From NCBI GenBank assembly GCA_022564195.1, contig JADFLW010000007.1, positions 3,667 to 67,666 on the forward strand: 64,000 bases of DNA, given 5' to 3'. The stretch is from Patescibacteria group bacterium. GTDB taxonomy: Bacteria; Patescibacteriota; Microgenomatia; UBA1400; Chisholmbacteraceae. Positions 1 through 10,836 of this stretch are shown here, piece after piece. The translations under genes were made by a program, and so were the position numbers. The notes under the pieces were generated by a model. It saw nothing but the letters and a program-made list of their open reading frames with translations, had not been told where the DNA came from and ran no database searches. Every line of letters begins with the position of its first letter. The first letter of the stretch is position 1.

Positions 1-30
1 AAAGTTTGGCAAAAAGAAACTTAGTGCCTT

Positions 31-348
31 TCATGACTTTCCGATAGTGGCTTCACACTTGCGGCAGATTCTCGTTTTTACCCCCGATTTATCACTTCTG
101 AATCCTATTCTCGTTTGCTGTTTGCAGGTTGAACACATGATCGCAATGTTTCCCGTAGGAAGGGGTCTTTCAAATTCGATAATGCCACCAGGCTTTCCCT
201 GTCCTTGTGCCTTAACATGTTTCTTGTATACGTTTATCCCTTCAACAAGAACCTTATTCAGGCGTGGGAATGTTTTCGTAATCTTGCCAGTTTTTCCCCC
301 ATCTTTCCCTGCAGTAACGAGTATGGTGTCTCCGATTTTTAGCTTCAT
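31..348 (-). CDS. rplX: 50S ribosomal protein L24
   Basis: 105 aa with a KOW-like motif (GDTILVTAGKDGGKTGKI). It sits after L14 in the S10/spc cluster order. Confidence 0.9.
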   Translation of the reverse strand: MKLKIGDTILVTAGKDGGKTGKITKTFPRLNKVLVEGINVYKKHVKAQGQGKPGGIIEFERPLPTGNIAIMCSTCKQQTRIGFRSDKSGVKTRICRKCEATIGKS

Positions 349-372
349 ATTTCTATGCGTCGCTCTTTGCCT

Positions 373-747
373 TTATATAACCTCTGAGGCGAGCGATGCG
401 ATTTTTGTAAATCCAGCTTCCCTTACCTCCCTTGCTATCGGGCCAAATATACGCGTGCCGCGCGGATTCTTTGTCTTTACTGAGTCGATAATGACGGCGG
501 CGTTGTCATCGAATCTTATGTAGCTTCCATCTGACCTTTGACGTTCTTTCTTTGCACGAACAACGACGGCTTTTACCATCTCTCCCTTCTTTACTTGGCT
601 TTGTGGGTCAGCGGCGATGACCGATGCCGTCACCACATCCCCAAGCGTTCCAAATTTTCTCTTGGATCCACCATGAACGAGGATCACTCGTAGAAGCTTG
701 GCTCCTGTGTTGTCCGTTGCTTTCAAAACTGACCGCAATTGGATCAT
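373..747 (-). CDS. rplN: 50S ribosomal protein L14
   Basis: 124 aa starting [17 protein letters not shown], which is L14-like. It lies between S17 and L24. Confidence 0.93.
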   Translation of the reverse strand: MIQLRSVLKATDNTGAKLLRVILVHGGSKRKFGTLGDVVTASVIAADPQSQVKKGEMVKAVVVRAKKERQRSDGSYIRFDDNAAVIIDSVKTKNPRGTRIFGPIAREVREAGFTKIASLASEVI

Positions 748-760
748 ACTGTTGGGCTTT

Positions 761-1009
761 TTACTTTGTTTTTTTTGTTTGTTCTTCTATTTTTTCAACG
801 ATTTTCCATCTCTTTCTTTTGCTTAGAGGTTTCGTCTCATGAATACGTACTTTATCTCCAACGCTCACTGAAAGTTCGTCATGTGCTAAGTATTTCTTAC
901 TTTTCTTGACGATTTTTTTATACAGCGGGTGACGCCAATGACGCTCAACTTCTACACTGGCGGTTTTGTTCATCTTTGTGCTTGTGACTTTCCCGATCAT
1001 TGATTTCAT
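761..1009 (-). CDS. rpsQ: 30S ribosomal protein S17
   Basis: 82 aa ([37 protein letters not shown]), the typical S17 OB fold. Its position follows L29. Confidence 0.9.
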   Translation of the reverse strand: MKSMIGKVTSTKMNKTASVEVERHWRHPLYKKIVKKSKKYLAHDELSVSVGDKVRIHETKPLSKRKRWKIVEKIEEQTKKTK

Positions 1010-1026
1010 AGGTTCCCCCTATTGCT

Positions 1027-1230
1027 CTATTGCTGCAATTGTTTTTCCCGAATTATCGTGAGGATTATGGCGAGCTCTTTGCGTTTCTTCGCATAGGCAT
1101 GGAGGTCTTTGAGCTTTCCTATTTCTTTTTGCATCCTGAGCTCCACCAAATTCTTGCGCTCTTCATCTAGTTTTTTCCTCAGCTGATTACTATTCAGCTC
1201 GCTCAGTTTCTTTTTCTCGTTTTTTTTCAT
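1027..1230 (-). CDS. rpmC: 50S ribosomal protein L29
   Basis: 67-aa coiled-coil protein lying between L16 and S17. Confidence 0.85.
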   Translation of the reverse strand: MKKNEKKKLSELNSNQLRKKLDEERKNLVELRMQKEIGKLKDLHAYAKKRKELAIILTIIREKQLQQ

Positions 1231-1259
1231 TGTCCCTCATCTCTCCTTAACTCTTTTCT

Positions 1260-1667
1260 TTATCGGCGCTTGACAAATTTCGTTTTTACTGGAAGCTTGT
1301 GGCCAGCAATTCGGAAGGCCTCCCTCGCCACTTCCTCGTTTACCCCTGCGAGCTCGAATAGTACACGCCCAGGCTTTACTGTCACGACGTACTCATCGAT
1401 ATCTCCTTTTCCCGAGCCCATTTTGGAACCAGCGGGTTTGCGGGTTATTGGCTTATCTGGAAAAATTCGAATCCATGTCTTTCCTGTACGCTTCGTTTTG
1501 TGGGCAATCGCACGGCGGGCAGCTTCAATTTGGCGAGCGGTCACCCATCCACGACCGAGGCTTTTGATGCCGTATTCCCCAAAATCGACACTGGTGCCTC
1601 TCGATGATTTTCCTCTCATCGAGCCCCGGAAATCCTTGCGGTACTTTCGTTTCTTCGGTTGTAGCAT
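1260..1667 (-). CDS. rplP: 50S ribosomal protein L16
   Basis: 135 aa starting [15 protein letters not shown], with [16 protein letters not shown]; classic L16. Confidence 0.93.
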   Translation of the reverse strand: MLQPKKRKYRKDFRGSMRGKSSRGTSVDFGEYGIKSLGRGWVTARQIEAARRAIAHKTKRTGKTWIRIFPDKPITRKPAGSKMGSGKGDIDEYVVTVKPGRVLFELAGVNEEVAREAFRIAGHKLPVKTKFVKRR

Positions 1668-1673
1668 ATTTTT

Positions 1674-1708
1674 TAATGTTTAATGTTTGATGTTCTATGT
1701 TTGATGTT
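1674..1708. repeat. five tandem heptamers (taatgtt taatgtt tgatgtt ctatgtt tgatgtt) directly upstream of the rplP start codon
   Basis: Same AAACATN (coding-strand) heptamer family as upstream of tpiA. No SD is apparent. Confidence 0.65.
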
Positions 1709-1751
1709 TAATTCTTCAATCTTTAATCTTGAATTTTACATGTTCCATGGC

Positions 1752-2411
1752 CTACTTGGTTTGTTTTTCTCCTTTGTAAATCCACACCTTCACTCCTATG
1801 TATCCTGATTTCGTCAAGGCAGGGACCTGTGCATAGTCAATATCTGCACGCAGGGTTTGGGTTGGTACTGACCCTTGCGTGTATTTTTCTGTCCGTGAAA
1901 TTTCCGCACCGGCAATTCTTCCTGCCAGTACAATCTTGACTCCACGGGCTCCTGCGCTCATGACGCGTTCCAGGGTTTGCGAAACGGCGCGCCGATGTGG
2001 ATACCGCTTTTCAAGCTGCTCTGCGATTCTCTGTGCAACAAGCATGGCTTGCAGTTCAGGATCTTTGACTTCAACGATATCGTCAATTACTACCTTCAGA
2101 CTCTTCGGGTCATTGGGATTAATCTTTAGTATATCCATGACTTCTTTTTTGAGCTGCTCGAGTGCACCACCACCTCTTCCAATGACGACTCCAGGCCTTG
2201 AGACATGCAGAATGATCCGAATGGAGTTGATTGATCGTTCAATTTCAACTTTTGTGATTCCGGCTAGTTTCAGCTTGCTCATCAAAAACCGGCGCAGCTT
2301 GGTATCTTCTAAGACTTGCTTGGCGTATTCGCCCTTATCTGCAAACCAACGCGAGCGCCACGTGTAGATATACCCTAGCCTGAATCCGAATGGATTAACT
2401 TTCTGCCCCAT
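1752..2411 (-). CDS. rpsC: 30S ribosomal protein S3
   Basis: 219 aa starting MGQKVNPFGFRLG, with a KH domain (IGRGGGALEQLKKE). An SD-like AAGGTGG lies 9 nt upstream. Confidence 0.95.
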   Translation of the reverse strand: MGQKVNPFGFRLGYIYTWRSRWFADKGEYAKQVLEDTKLRRFLMSKLKLAGITKVEIERSINSIRIILHVSRPGVVIGRGGGALEQLKKEVMDILKINPNDPKSLKVVIDDIVEVKDPELQAMLVAQRIAEQLEKRYPHRRAVSQTLERVMSAGARGVKIVLAGRIAGAEISRTEKYTQGSVPTQTLRADIDYAQVPALTKSGYIGVKVWIYKGEKQTK

Positions 2412-2436
2412 ATTTTAATCCACCTTTTCTTTTCGT

Positions 2437-2832
2437 TTATCTCTTTGCTTTAGATGTTCTTTTTGTCTTTACTCCCTTTTTCTCTTCCCTTATTGGCTCT
2501 TCTTCTGCGCGGAGGAGAACCTTGATGTGTGATGTCCTTTTCAAAATCTGGTGCGCCCGTCCCCTGCTTACGGCTCGCCACCGTTTAAAGGTCGATCCTT
2601 TGCTCACTTGGATGCTTTCAAATCTCAGGCTCTGCTCGTTAAGATTCTGGTTTTTTACCGCATTGGCCATTGCTTGCTTGATCGTCTTTGCTATAGGAAC
2701 CGCGGCAGCTTTGCGCATGAATGTCAGATGCTCAAGCGCCTCTTTCGGCTCAAGGCCACGAATCGCATCGACGACTAGACGCACTTTTCTGGGACTCATT
2801 CGAATGTATTTCTGTTCGGCCTTAATGACCAT
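2437..2832 (-). CDS. rplV: 50S ribosomal protein L22
   Basis: 131 aa (YIRMSPRKVRLVVDAIRG), L22 family, with a K/E-rich C-terminal tail. Confidence 0.9.
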   Translation of the reverse strand: MVIKAEQKYIRMSPRKVRLVVDAIRGLEPKEALEHLTFMRKAAAVPIAKTIKQAMANAVKNQNLNEQSLRFESIQVSKGSTFKRWRAVSRGRAHQILKRTSHIKVLLRAEEEPIREEKKGVKTKRTSKAKR

Positions 2833-2843
2833 AGGATGACTTT

Positions 2844-3128
2844 TTATGTCTTGCTAATCATTCTCTTTACCATTCTCCCGTGGCCATGGAAGGTACGGGT
2901 TGGTGAAAATTCTCCCAGCCTGTGACCCACCATCGCTTCGGTGACGTACACCTCTCTAAAGATCTTCCCGTTGTGAACGAGAAATGTGTGCCCGACAAAC
3001 TCCGGTGGGATTTGGCTGGCTCGTGCCCAAGTTTTGATCGGCTCTTTTTTCCCTTGCGCTTTTTGCTTTTGTATCTTTTTTAAGAGTTTCTCGTCGATGT
3101 ATGGCCCTTTTTTACTTGATCTGCTCAT
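2844..3128 (-). CDS. rpsS: 30S ribosomal protein S19
   Basis: 94 aa with [11 protein letters not shown] and [10 protein letters not shown], the S19 signature. Confidence 0.95.
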   Translation of the reverse strand: MSRSSKKGPYIDEKLLKKIQKQKAQGKKEPIKTWARASQIPPEFVGHTFLVHNGKIFREVYVTEAMVGHRLGEFSPTRTFHGHGRMVKRMISKT

Positions 3129-3150
3129 CTCTTGTTTTCCTTCTCCTTTA

Positions 3151-3987
3151 TTATCTGGCTCTTCGGTCTTTTACAATTCGTTTATCCGAATACTTCTTTA
3201 CTTTCCTGGTCTTTTTTCCTAACGTCGGTTTTCCCCAAGGACTCTTGGGAGATGGCATCCCTATTCCCGAACGGCCCTCTCCACCACCGTGTGGGTGCGC
3301 TGCAGGATGCATGGCAACACCACGTACCGCAGGGCGGAAACCCATGAGACGGCGGCGTCCAGCTTTTCCGAGCTTTATTGTTTTCCACTCAATATTTCCG
3401 ACTTGGCCGATGGTCGCGAAACACCTGATATCTATGAGTCGATGTTCCTTGCTGGGCAGTCTTACCGTGGCGTATTTTCCTTCTTTGGATTGTACTGTCG
3501 CCGCCGTGCCAGCCCCGCGGACGAGCTGACCACCCTTTCCTGGTCTTAATTCTATGTTATGGATGGGTGTTCCAACCGGAATCTTGGCCAGTGGGAGGGC
3601 ATTTCCAACTTTAATCTCGGCATCTTCGGCCGCGATTACCGTGTCGCCTAGCTTAAGGTTTAAAGGGGCAAGCACGTAGCGCTTTTCTCCATCGGTGTAG
3701 TATACAAGAGCAATATTCGCGCGGCGATTGGGATCGTACTCTATTGCCATTACTTTTCCAGGAATCCCGTGTTTATCTCGTTTAAAATCGATGCGGCGAA
3801 GGAGCCTCTTATGCCCGCCACCCCTATGGCGAACGGTGATTTTTCCAGATACGTTTCTTCCACCAGACTTTTTGACCGTACTCTTGATTAGCGTCTTCTC
3901 AGGTTTTGCCTTGGTTATCTCGGCAAAATCAAGATCGCTTCGATGTCTTACTCCAGGACTGGTTGGTCTTCTCTTGCGTACTGCCAT
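3151..3987 (-). CDS. rplB: 50S ribosomal protein L2
   Basis: 278 aa with GGGHKRLLR and HPHGGGEGR motifs. Confidence 0.96.
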   Translation of the reverse strand: MAVRKRRPTSPGVRHRSDLDFAEITKAKPEKTLIKSTVKKSGGRNVSGKITVRHRGGGHKRLLRRIDFKRDKHGIPGKVMAIEYDPNRRANIALVYYTDGEKRYVLAPLNLKLGDTVIAAEDAEIKVGNALPLAKIPVGTPIHNIELRPGKGGQLVRGAGTAATVQSKEGKYATVRLPSKEHRLIDIRCFATIGQVGNIEWKTIKLGKAGRRRLMGFRPAVRGVAMHPAAHPHGGGEGRSGIGMPSPKSPWGKPTLGKKTRKVKKYSDKRIVKDRRAR

Positions 3988-3989
3988 TG

Positions 3990-4283
3990 TTATGTTTGAG
4001 ACTCGAATATGTCTATTTTCTGTCCAGATTTCACTTCTACTATCGCCTTTTTGCTGTCCGGTTTGGTTATTTCACGGCGGAGCTTCCCAACCCGGCGTCT
4101 TTTGCCAGAGATTTTAGCTGTTCTTACTGCAATGACCTCCACGTCAAACGCGTTCTCAACGGCTTTGCGGATTTGGCCTTTTGAAGCGCTGGCGTCTACT
4201 TCAAAGGTATACTGGTTTTTGGCGGTTTGCGCCATTGATTTTTCGGTAATGATGGGTCGTTTTACAATGTAGGCTAGTTTCAT
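3990..4283 (-). CDS. rplW: 50S ribosomal protein L23
   Basis: 97 aa ([26 protein letters not shown]), lying between L4 and L2. Confidence 0.9.
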   Translation of the reverse strand: MKLAYIVKRPIITEKSMAQTAKNQYTFEVDASASKGQIRKAVENAFDVEVIAVRTAKISGKRRRVGKLRREITKPDSKKAIVEVKSGQKIDIFESQT

Positions 4284-5035
4284 TTGCGTGTTTTCCTTGC
4301 TGTTTTTGTCCTCGTCTTTTTGGCCTTCCCACTCGGTGCTGGCGCTTTCTTCCTCTCCGGTTTTTTCTTCGTTGCTTGCTTGTGTTCCGTGGTTTTTGGC
4401 TTTTTTTCTAGAAACCTTTCTTCAATAGGCTTCACCGCGCTTTTCATGAGGATGATCATTCCGGCATTTAATACTTCGAAGGCATTTAGTCTCTTGGCAG
4501 ATAGCAGCTTGACTCCTTTGATATTGCGTGCTCCCCGAATGACCGAATCTGTGCCATCCGGAAGAATGATGGACAGTTTCTTCGGAGCTTTACTGGTTAC
4601 TTTTGTTACTGCTCTATACATTACCTTCGTTTTGGGCTCCAGTTTCTCAAGTCCATCCACGATAATCAGCTCTTTTGCTCCAGTCTTTTGGGTGAGAGCC
4701 GCGAACAGCGCTTTTCGCCTCATCACTTTGGACAACTTTAGCTTGTGTCGCTGGCTCCCAGTAGGGCCGTGGGCGATCCCTCCGCCAACGAAAATTGGTG
4801 CATAGCGGTCACCATGGCGCGCTCTTCCTGTACCTTTTTGTCGCCAGATTTTCCTTCCCGAGCCCTTCACTTCTCCGCGCCTTTTCACTTTTACCGTCCC
4901 TTGGCGCTGGTTCGCCAGGTAGACTCGAACCGCTTGTGCCAAAAGCTTCGGACTCGCCTGAGCGGCGAAAATTTTGTCGGGGAGTTTCACTCTCCCTGCC
5001 GATTTTCCGGTGGTATCCATGACTTTCATTTGCAT
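4280..5035 (-). CDS. rplD: 50S ribosomal protein L4 with Lys-rich C-terminal extension
   Basis: 251 aa whose L4 core has the motifs RQGT, KVKRRGEVKGSGRKIWRQKGTGRAR and HG. The last ~45 residues are K/R-rich low complexity. Confidence 0.93.
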   Translation of the reverse strand: MQMKVMDTTGKSAGRVKLPDKIFAAQASPKLLAQAVRVYLANQRQGTVKVKRRGEVKGSGRKIWRQKGTGRARHGDRYAPIFVGGGIAHGPTGSQRHKLKLSKVMRRKALFAALTQKTGAKELIIVDGLEKLEPKTKVMYRAVTKVTSKAPKKLSIILPDGTDSVIRGARNIKGVKLLSAKRLNAFEVLNAGMIILMKSAVKPIEERFLEKKPKTTEHKQATKKKPERKKAPAPSGKAKKTRTKTARKTRK

Positions 5036-5043
5036 ATGCTCTT

Positions 5044-5811
5044 TTACTTTTTTTGCTTTTTATCCTCTTTTTTCTTGCTCTCTTTTTTCTCTTTAGCTTT
5101 CTTCTCCTCTTTCTGTACAGGCTTCTCCTCGTATAGTCCCTCGAACTTTTTTGCCTTCCCAACTTTCTTGATTGTCACGAGGCCGTTGCGTGATCCGGGA
5201 ACTTGTCCTTTCACCCATACCTCTCCTTCTTTTGTCGTTTTTAAAACCAGCAGATTGCGGACTGTGACTTTCAGATTTCCCCCATGACCCGCCATTTTCT
5301 TCCCTTTAAAAACGCGCCCTGGTGTTGTGGTTTGTCCTATTGAACCGGGGGCGCGTGCTCTATCTGACTGTCCGTGGGTTCGAGGTCCTCCTTTAAACCC
5401 CCAGCGCTTCATGACTCCGGTGAATCCCTTCCCATGACTGGTTCCAGTGACATTCACCAGGTCTCCTGCTGCAAGGACTTGGTCGGCGGTAATCACATCC
5501 CCAACGTTGAGGGTTGTATCTTGATCGGACTCAAGCCTCATTTCTCTCAAGACCCTTGGCATTTCCCCTTTGGCTTTTTCTGGTTCTGGCCATGTTGCCC
5601 TTTTCAGGTGTCCAGCGAGCGGTTTGGTCAGCTGTTTCGCTTTTTTTTCTCCTATGCCTAATTGAATAGCCCTATAGCCATCTTTTTCAATGCTTTTCAC
5701 TTGGGTTACCAGACAAGGCCCCGCTTGGATTTTGGTCACCGGAATTCGCCTTCCATCCGCAAGGAACGCTTGAGCCATTCCCTTCTTGGTTCCTACTATT
5801 GCATTGATCAT
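5044..5811 (-). CDS. rplC: 50S ribosomal protein L3 with Lys-rich C-terminal extension
   Basis: 255 aa (GTKKGMAQ..., FTGVMKRWGFKGGPRTHGQS). The C-terminus is KEEKKAKEKKESKKKEDKKQKK. Confidence 0.93.
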   Translation of the reverse strand: MINAIVGTKKGMAQAFLADGRRIPVTKIQAGPCLVTQVKSIEKDGYRAIQLGIGEKKAKQLTKPLAGHLKRATWPEPEKAKGEMPRVLREMRLESDQDTTLNVGDVITADQVLAAGDLVNVTGTSHGKGFTGVMKRWGFKGGPRTHGQSDRARAPGSIGQTTTPGRVFKGKKMAGHGGNLKVTVRNLLVLKTTKEGEVWVKGQVPGSRNGLVTIKKVGKAKKFEGLYEEKPVQKEEKKAKEKKESKKKEDKKQKK

Positions 5812-5987
5812 GGTTTCTTATTCCTTATCCTATGATTCGTTCGCAACAAAAAACGATCCGGAGGGATCGCTTCTTACGTCTACCCAATCCGTCTTCTCTT
5901 GCTCTCTTATTTCGATTTGCGTCGAGTTCCCAACATTACCTCCTCTTTGCAGAAGATCGGGAGTAGACTTATGCTATCGATGGCAGT

Positions 5988-6296
5988 TCACATCTTTATT
6001 TCAATGCCTACACCTGCTGGTAGATCAAGATGCATGAGCGAGTCTATGGTTTTGTTGGTTGGCTCCATAATGTCAATAAGGCGTTTATGTGTCAGCATCT
6101 GGAAATGTTCTCTTGCATCTTTGTCTGTATGCGGACTGGTCGTTACGGTAATGAGTTTCCGGTCCGTCGGTAGCGGAACCGGACCTACGACCTTCGCTCC
6201 GGTTGCAAGAGCCGTTTCCAAGATTTTGGCTGCTGCTTCATCAATTACTCGATGATCGTAGCTTTTTAAACGTACACGTATTCTGCCCTTCGGCAT
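5988..6296 (-). CDS. rpsJ: 30S ribosomal protein S10
   Basis: 102 aa ([28 protein letters not shown]), an S10 signature. Confidence 0.95.
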   Translation of the reverse strand: MPKGRIRVRLKSYDHRVIDEAAAKILETALATGAKVVGPVPLPTDRKLITVTTSPHTDKDAREHFQMLTHKRLIDIMEPTNKTIDSLMHLDLPAGVGIEIKM

Positions 6297-6308
6297 ACTT
6301 TTAAATTA

Positions 6309-6330
6309 AGGCAGCTTTCTCTGGCTGCCT
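6309..6330 (-). terminator. GC-rich hairpin (7-bp stem aGGCAGC/GCTGCCt) between the tuf stop and the rpsJ start, followed on the minus strand by UAAUUUAAAAGU; a possible attenuator or partial terminator
   Basis: The inverted repeat is read directly from the sequence. It sits downstream of tuf and immediately upstream of the S10 ATG. Confidence 0.3.
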
Positions 6331-6350
6331 CCTATCTGTTTTATATTCTG

Positions 6351-7547
6351 TTAAGCTAAAATTTTTGTGATGATACCTGCTCCAATGGTGTGACCACCTT
6401 CCCTGATCGCAAATCGCAGGTTCTGCTCCATGGCGACTGGTTGAATGAGCTCAATGGTCATTTTTGCATTGTCGCCGGGCATCACCATCTCGATTCCTTC
6501 AGGTAGCTTAATTTCTCCTGTGACATCGGTGGTTCGGATGTAAAACTGCGGCTTGTATCCAGAGAAGAAGGGCTTCTTGCGACCGCCTTCTTCTTTTGAG
6601 AGGATGTAGACCTCAGCATCGAACTTTGTGTGGGGGGTCGCGGTTCCCGGCTTTGCCAGGACTTGCCCGCGTTCTACCTCCTCCTTTTCGACGCCCCGGA
6701 GCAATATCCCAACGTTATCGCCGGCCTGGGCTTCATCAAGGATTTTTCTAAACATCTCCACCCCTGTTACCACGGTTTTTTTCGTGTCACGGATGCCGAC
6801 GATTTCGAGCTCATCATTCACCGCAATTTTTCCACGCTCGACTCTTCCGGTGACCACGGTCCCCCGCCCTTTAATGGAAAAGACATCCTCAATTGGCATG
6901 AGGAATGGCTTTTCCATATCCCTTTTTGGAGTGGGGATATACTCGTCCACTGCCTTCACGAGTTCAAGAATTGACTTTTGTGCCTCTTTATCACCTTCAT
7001 AGGCCTTGAGCGCCGATCCCCGAATGACCGGAATTTCGTCTCCAGGAAACTCGTACTTCGTCAAAAGCTCCCTTATTTCGAGTTCCACCAGATCAAGAAG
7101 TTCGGGATCATCCACTGCGTCAATTTTGTTTAAGAACACCACGAGCGCAGGGACGTTGACTTGGCGAGCAAGGAGGACATGCTCCCTGGTCTGTGGCATT
7201 GGACCGTCCGTGGCTGCCACAACCAGAATCGCTCCATCCATTTGGGCGGCTCCTGTGATCATGTTTTTAATGTAGTCCCTGTGTCCAGGTGCATCGATGT
7301 GCGCGTAGTGGCGTTTTTCCGTTTCGTACTCCACGTGTGTGATGTTGATGGTGACACCGCGTTCTTTCTCTTCAGGAGCGTTGTCGATGTCATAGAAATC
7401 CATCGCCTTCGTTGGATTTCCTGATTGGGCAGCGAGCACCTTGGTTATTGCCGCTGTCAAGGTTGTCTTTCCATGGTCGACATGACCAATGGTTCCGACA
7501 TTGATGTGCGGTTTGGTGCGTTTGAATTTTTTCTTTGCTTCGGCCAT
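6351..7547 (-). CDS. tuf: elongation factor Tu
   Basis: 398 aa with [15 protein letters not shown] and NKID G-domain motifs. Confidence 0.98.
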   Translation of the reverse strand: MAEAKKKFKRTKPHINVGTIGHVDHGKTTLTAAITKVLAAQSGNPTKAMDFYDIDNAPEEKERGVTINITHVEYETEKRHYAHIDAPGHRDYIKNMITGAAQMDGAILVVAATDGPMPQTREHVLLARQVNVPALVVFLNKIDAVDDPELLDLVELEIRELLTKYEFPGDEIPVIRGSALKAYEGDKEAQKSILELVKAVDEYIPTPKRDMEKPFLMPIEDVFSIKGRGTVVTGRVERGKIAVNDELEIVGIRDTKKTVVTGVEMFRKILDEAQAGDNVGILLRGVEKEEVERGQVLAKPGTATPHTKFDAEVYILSKEEGGRKKPFFSGYKPQFYIRTTDVTGEIKLPEGIEMVMPGDNAKMTIELIQPVAMEQNLRFAIREGGHTIGAGIITKILA

Positions 7548-7594
7548 GAATGCCTCCGTATTATCTGATAATACCTAACGCCGTTTATTGTTCG

Positions 7595-9724
7595 TCATTT
7601 CTTTTTCTTGGGAGATTTCTGCTCTTTTTCTTTCTCTTCCTTGCCTTTGTTGATCAGGGTCTCGGTAACGTTTGCTGGCACTTCCCCATAATGGCTCGGC
7701 TCCATGTAATGGGATGCCCGCCCCTGGGTCATGCTTCTGAGTATTGTAGCATATCTTGAGAGTTCTGCCAAGGGAACCAGGGCAGTAATGATGCGGATTT
7801 TCCCCCTCTGCGCGGTTCCTAAGATTTGCCCTCTTTTGCTTGAAAGGTCTCCAATCACATCACCCATGAACTCTTCAGGGGCGGTGACTTCCAGCTTCAT
7901 GATCGGTTCAAGGAGCACCGGATCTGCTTGTTTGACCGCCGCCTGGAGTGCTGCTGAACCGGCGATCTTGAAGGCGATTTCTGAGGAGTCTACTTCGTGG
8001 TAGGTTCCGTCGTAGACCGCAACAAGCATATCCACGAGCGGGTGCCCCGCAAGCACACCATTCTCCATCGCTTCTTTGACCCCTTTTTCCACGGCTGGGA
8101 TGTATTCTCTGGGGATTGCACCGCCGGCGACCTCGTTTTTGAATTCGAACCCTTCGCCGCGTGTCTTAGGCTCGATTCGAAGGAAGCAGTGACCATATTG
8201 GCCACGACCTCCGGTTTGCCGGATGTATTTTCCTTCGGCTTTGGCCACCCGTTTAATTGTTTCTTTGTAGGCGACTTGGGGGGTTCCGGTGTTTGCTGCC
8301 ACGCGAAATTCTCGCTTCATCCTGTCGACGATAATTTCAAGGTGAAGCTCCCCCATACCAGAAATGAGTGTCTGGCCAGTATCAGAGTTTACTTTTATTT
8401 TGAATGTTGGGTCTTCTTCAGCAAGGCGCGACAGCGCCACACCCATCCGTTCTTGGTCAAGCCTTGTCTTCGGCTCTATCGCCAATGAAATCACGGGCTC
8501 AGTGAATTCTATTCCTTCAAACAGGATAGGGTGAGTTTCGTCAGTCAATGTGTCTCCCGTTGTTGTATTTTTTGCCCCGACTACCGCAACAATCTCTCCC
8601 GCTTCAGCGTCTGCGATTTCTTCTCTTTGGTTGGCATGCATCAGAAGCAACCTTCCGACTCGTTGTTTTTCCCGTTTGGCCACGTTGGTGATATAGGAGC
8701 CAGACTTCAGCCTTCCTGAGTAAATCCGGATGTAGGTGAGCCTTCCAACATGGGGGTCAGTTTGCACCTTAAATGCCAAGGCTGCGAACGGCCCGTCGGG
8801 ATCAGGTGTTCTTACCTCCTCTTTACCGGTTTTGGGATTCACGCCTTTTGCTGGCTCAACATCGAGTGGACTTGGCAAGTAGTCAATGATCGCATCGAGA
8901 AGCAGCTGGACTCCTTTGTTTCGAAGGGATGAGCCACAAAACACTGGAACCAAATCATTGCGGATGGTTGCGGCTCTCAACGCTTGTTTCAGCAGTATTA
9001 CTGATGGCTCTTCGTCTTTGAGGAACTTTTCTAAAAGATGCTCATCGGTTTCGGATATTTTTTCGATGAGCGCACTGCGCACTTTTTCCACCCTGTCTTT
9101 CAAATCATCCGGCACTTCACTTATCCTGTACTTGGCTCCTGTCTCGTCTCCTTCCCAAATAATTGCTTTGCGTTCTAAAACGAGAACCACACCCTTAAAG
9201 CTGGATTCCACCCCGATTGGCACGACCATCACTGCGGTGCTTGCCCCCAATTTTTCTTCTATTTCTTTTACTGTGTTCTGGAAATCTGCCCCGAGTTTAT
9301 CCATTTTATTGGCGAAGCAAATTCGAGGAACTCTGTATTTGTCTGCCTGGCGCCAGACGGTTTCCGATTGGGATTGAACGCCTTCCTCCGCATCGAGAAT
9401 CGTCACTCCGCCATCAAGAACACGCAACGAGCGCTCGACCTCAGCAGTGAAATCGACGTGCCCTGGGGTGTCAATGATGTTGATTCTGTGTGAACCAGTG
9501 AGTAGCGTGCCTTCTAATTGAGGGTTCCAAAACGTGGTTGTTGCTGCTGAGACTATCGTGATTCCGCGTTCCTTTTCCTGTTCCATCCAGTCCATTTGGG
9601 TTGTGCCTTCATCGATGTCCCCAAGCTTGTATGTCTTTCCCGTGTAATAGAGGATCCGCTCTGTGGTTGTGGTTTTTCCCGCATCAATGTGGGCAATGAT
9701 CCCAATGTTACGGATCTTGTCCAT
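7595..9724 (-). CDS. fusA: elongation factor G
   Basis: The likely true start is the ATG at 9724 ([20 protein letters not shown]). The 781-aa ORF in the track adds a 72-aa upstream extension. The protein has a Lys-rich C-terminal tail ([15 protein letters not shown]). Confidence 0.95.
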   Translation of the reverse strand: MDKIRNIGIIAHIDAGKTTTTERILYYTGKTYKLGDIDEGTTQMDWMEQEKERGITIVSAATTTFWNPQLEGTLLTGSHRINIIDTPGHVDFTAEVERSLRVLDGGVTILDAEEGVQSQSETVWRQADKYRVPRICFANKMDKLGADFQNTVKEIEEKLGASTAVMVVPIGVESSFKGVVLVLERKAIIWEGDETGAKYRISEVPDDLKDRVEKVRSALIEKISETDEHLLEKFLKDEEPSVILLKQALRAATIRNDLVPVFCGSSLRNKGVQLLLDAIIDYLPSPLDVEPAKGVNPKTGKEEVRTPDPDGPFAALAFKVQTDPHVGRLTYIRIYSGRLKSGSYITNVAKREKQRVGRLLLMHANQREEIADAEAGEIVAVVGAKNTTTGDTLTDETHPILFEGIEFTEPVISLAIEPKTRLDQERMGVALSRLAEEDPTFKIKVNSDTGQTLISGMGELHLEIIVDRMKREFRVAANTGTPQVAYKETIKRVAKAEGKYIRQTGGRGQYGHCFLRIEPKTRGEGFEFKNEVAGGAIPREYIPAVEKGVKEAMENGVLAGHPLVDMLVAVYDGTYHEVDSSEIAFKIAGSAALQAAVKQADPVLLEPIMKLEVTAPEEFMGDVIGDLSSKRGQILGTAQRGKIRIITALVPLAELSRYATILRSMTQGRASHYMEPSHYGEVPANVTETLINKGKEEKEKEQKSPKKKK

Positions 9725-9845
9725 GGGTGTCTTTCGTTGGGTACTCTGCTTTTGTGTTGCCACGGTCCTTCCTTTCAGGTTTTCGTACAAGAAACGGACT
9801 TCCTTAACGTTGTCGTATGGGAAGTCCGCCACTTTGTATCTGCCT

Positions 9846-10325
9846 TTACCACCGGAAATGGGCAAACGCGCGATTGGCTTCTGCCATCTTGTGCGAGGTG
9901 ATCTTTCTTTGGAATGCCAATCCTTCGCCATTGGCCGCATCCATCAATTCTTTTGCCAACTTTTCGGCAAACGTGTGGTACTCGCTGTTCGGACGGTTTC
10001 TTGCCCCTCGAACTAACCAGCGGATTGCAAGTGATAACGCTCTTCGTCCCTTGATTGGCGTTGGGACCTGGTAGGACGCACCCCCCACTCTGCGGGAACG
10101 AACTTCCATTTGGGGTGTGACGTTGCGCACTGCGGTTTCGAAAAGCTCGATCGGATCTTTCCCCTGTTTTTCCCTGATGATGTCGAATGCAGAGTAGACA
10201 TTGCCTTGAGCCACAGTTTTCTTCCCATGCTTCATCACAGTACTTACTAGCATTGCTACTATCGTGCTCCCATACACGGGATCTGGCTCTACTTCTCTAG
10301 GAGTTATTCTTCCTGTTCTCGGCAT
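9846..10325 (-). CDS. rpsG: 30S ribosomal protein S7
   Basis: 159 aa ([18 protein letters not shown]...) of the S7 family. Confidence 0.95.
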   Translation of the reverse strand: MPRTGRITPREVEPDPVYGSTIVAMLVSTVMKHGKKTVAQGNVYSAFDIIREKQGKDPIELFETAVRNVTPQMEVRSRRVGGASYQVPTPIKGRRALSLAIRWLVRGARNRPNSEYHTFAEKLAKELMDAANGEGLAFQRKITSHKMAEANRAFAHFRW

Positions 10326-10343
10326 CTTGCGTTCTCTCCCTTT

Positions 10344-10814
10344 TTAGGCTTGGGTTGGAGCCTCTTCTGGTTTTTGGTCTTCTTTAGCACCCGGGACTGC
10401 GATTTTGCCTCCCTTTCGGGTTCCGTACTTTGAACGGCCTTTTTTGCGGTCTTCCACCCCTGTCGCGTCGTACACACCCCGAATTATATGGTATTTCACT
10501 CCAGGCAAATCCTTCACCCTTCCGCCGCGGACCAAGACGATTGAGTGCTCGGCAAGTTCATGGCCTTCTCCAGGAATGTAGGCGGTGATCTCTTGTTTGT
10601 TGCTTAACCTGACCCTTGCCACTTTCCGAAGTGCCGAATTGGGTTTTTTTGGTGTCATGGTTTTGACCACGATGCAGACCCCGCGTTTCTGGGGGTTTAC
10701 CGTGTGAACCATCGTGCGACTCTGCGTATTGAACGAGCGTCGCAGGGCGGTGGCTTTGATTTTTTTTCGCACTTTTTTTCGTCCTTTTCGGACAAGTTGG
10801 TTTATCGTTGGCAT
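10344..10814 (-). CDS. rpsL: 30S ribosomal protein S12 (with internal insertion and C-terminal extension)
   Basis: 156 aa with [22 protein letters not shown] and [12 protein letters not shown]. An SD-like AGGGAG lies ~7 nt upstream. Confidence 0.95.
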   Translation of the reverse strand: MPTINQLVRKGRKKVRKKIKATALRRSFNTQSRTMVHTVNPQKRGVCIVVKTMTPKKPNSALRKVARVRLSNKQEITAYIPGEGHELAEHSIVLVRGGRVKDLPGVKYHIIRGVYDATGVEDRKKGRSKYGTRKGGKIAVPGAKEDQKPEEAPTQA

Positions 10815-10836
10815 CTTTTTTCTCCCTTTCTTAACG

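Noticed and set aside
1674-1708. Possibility that the heptamer tandem repeats are CRISPR arrays or minisatellite VNTR loci
   Set aside because: The units are 7 bp with no spacers, far below CRISPR repeat size, and no cas genes are present. They are reported as leader repeats instead.
9725-9940. 72-codon N-terminal extension of the fusA ORF (also the TTG-initiated extensions of dnaK, tpiA, mltG, the GAPDH-like gene and hrcA)
   Set aside because: Conserved N-terminal motifs begin at internal ATG codons ([50 protein letters not shown]). The extensions overlap upstream genes or promoter/operator elements.
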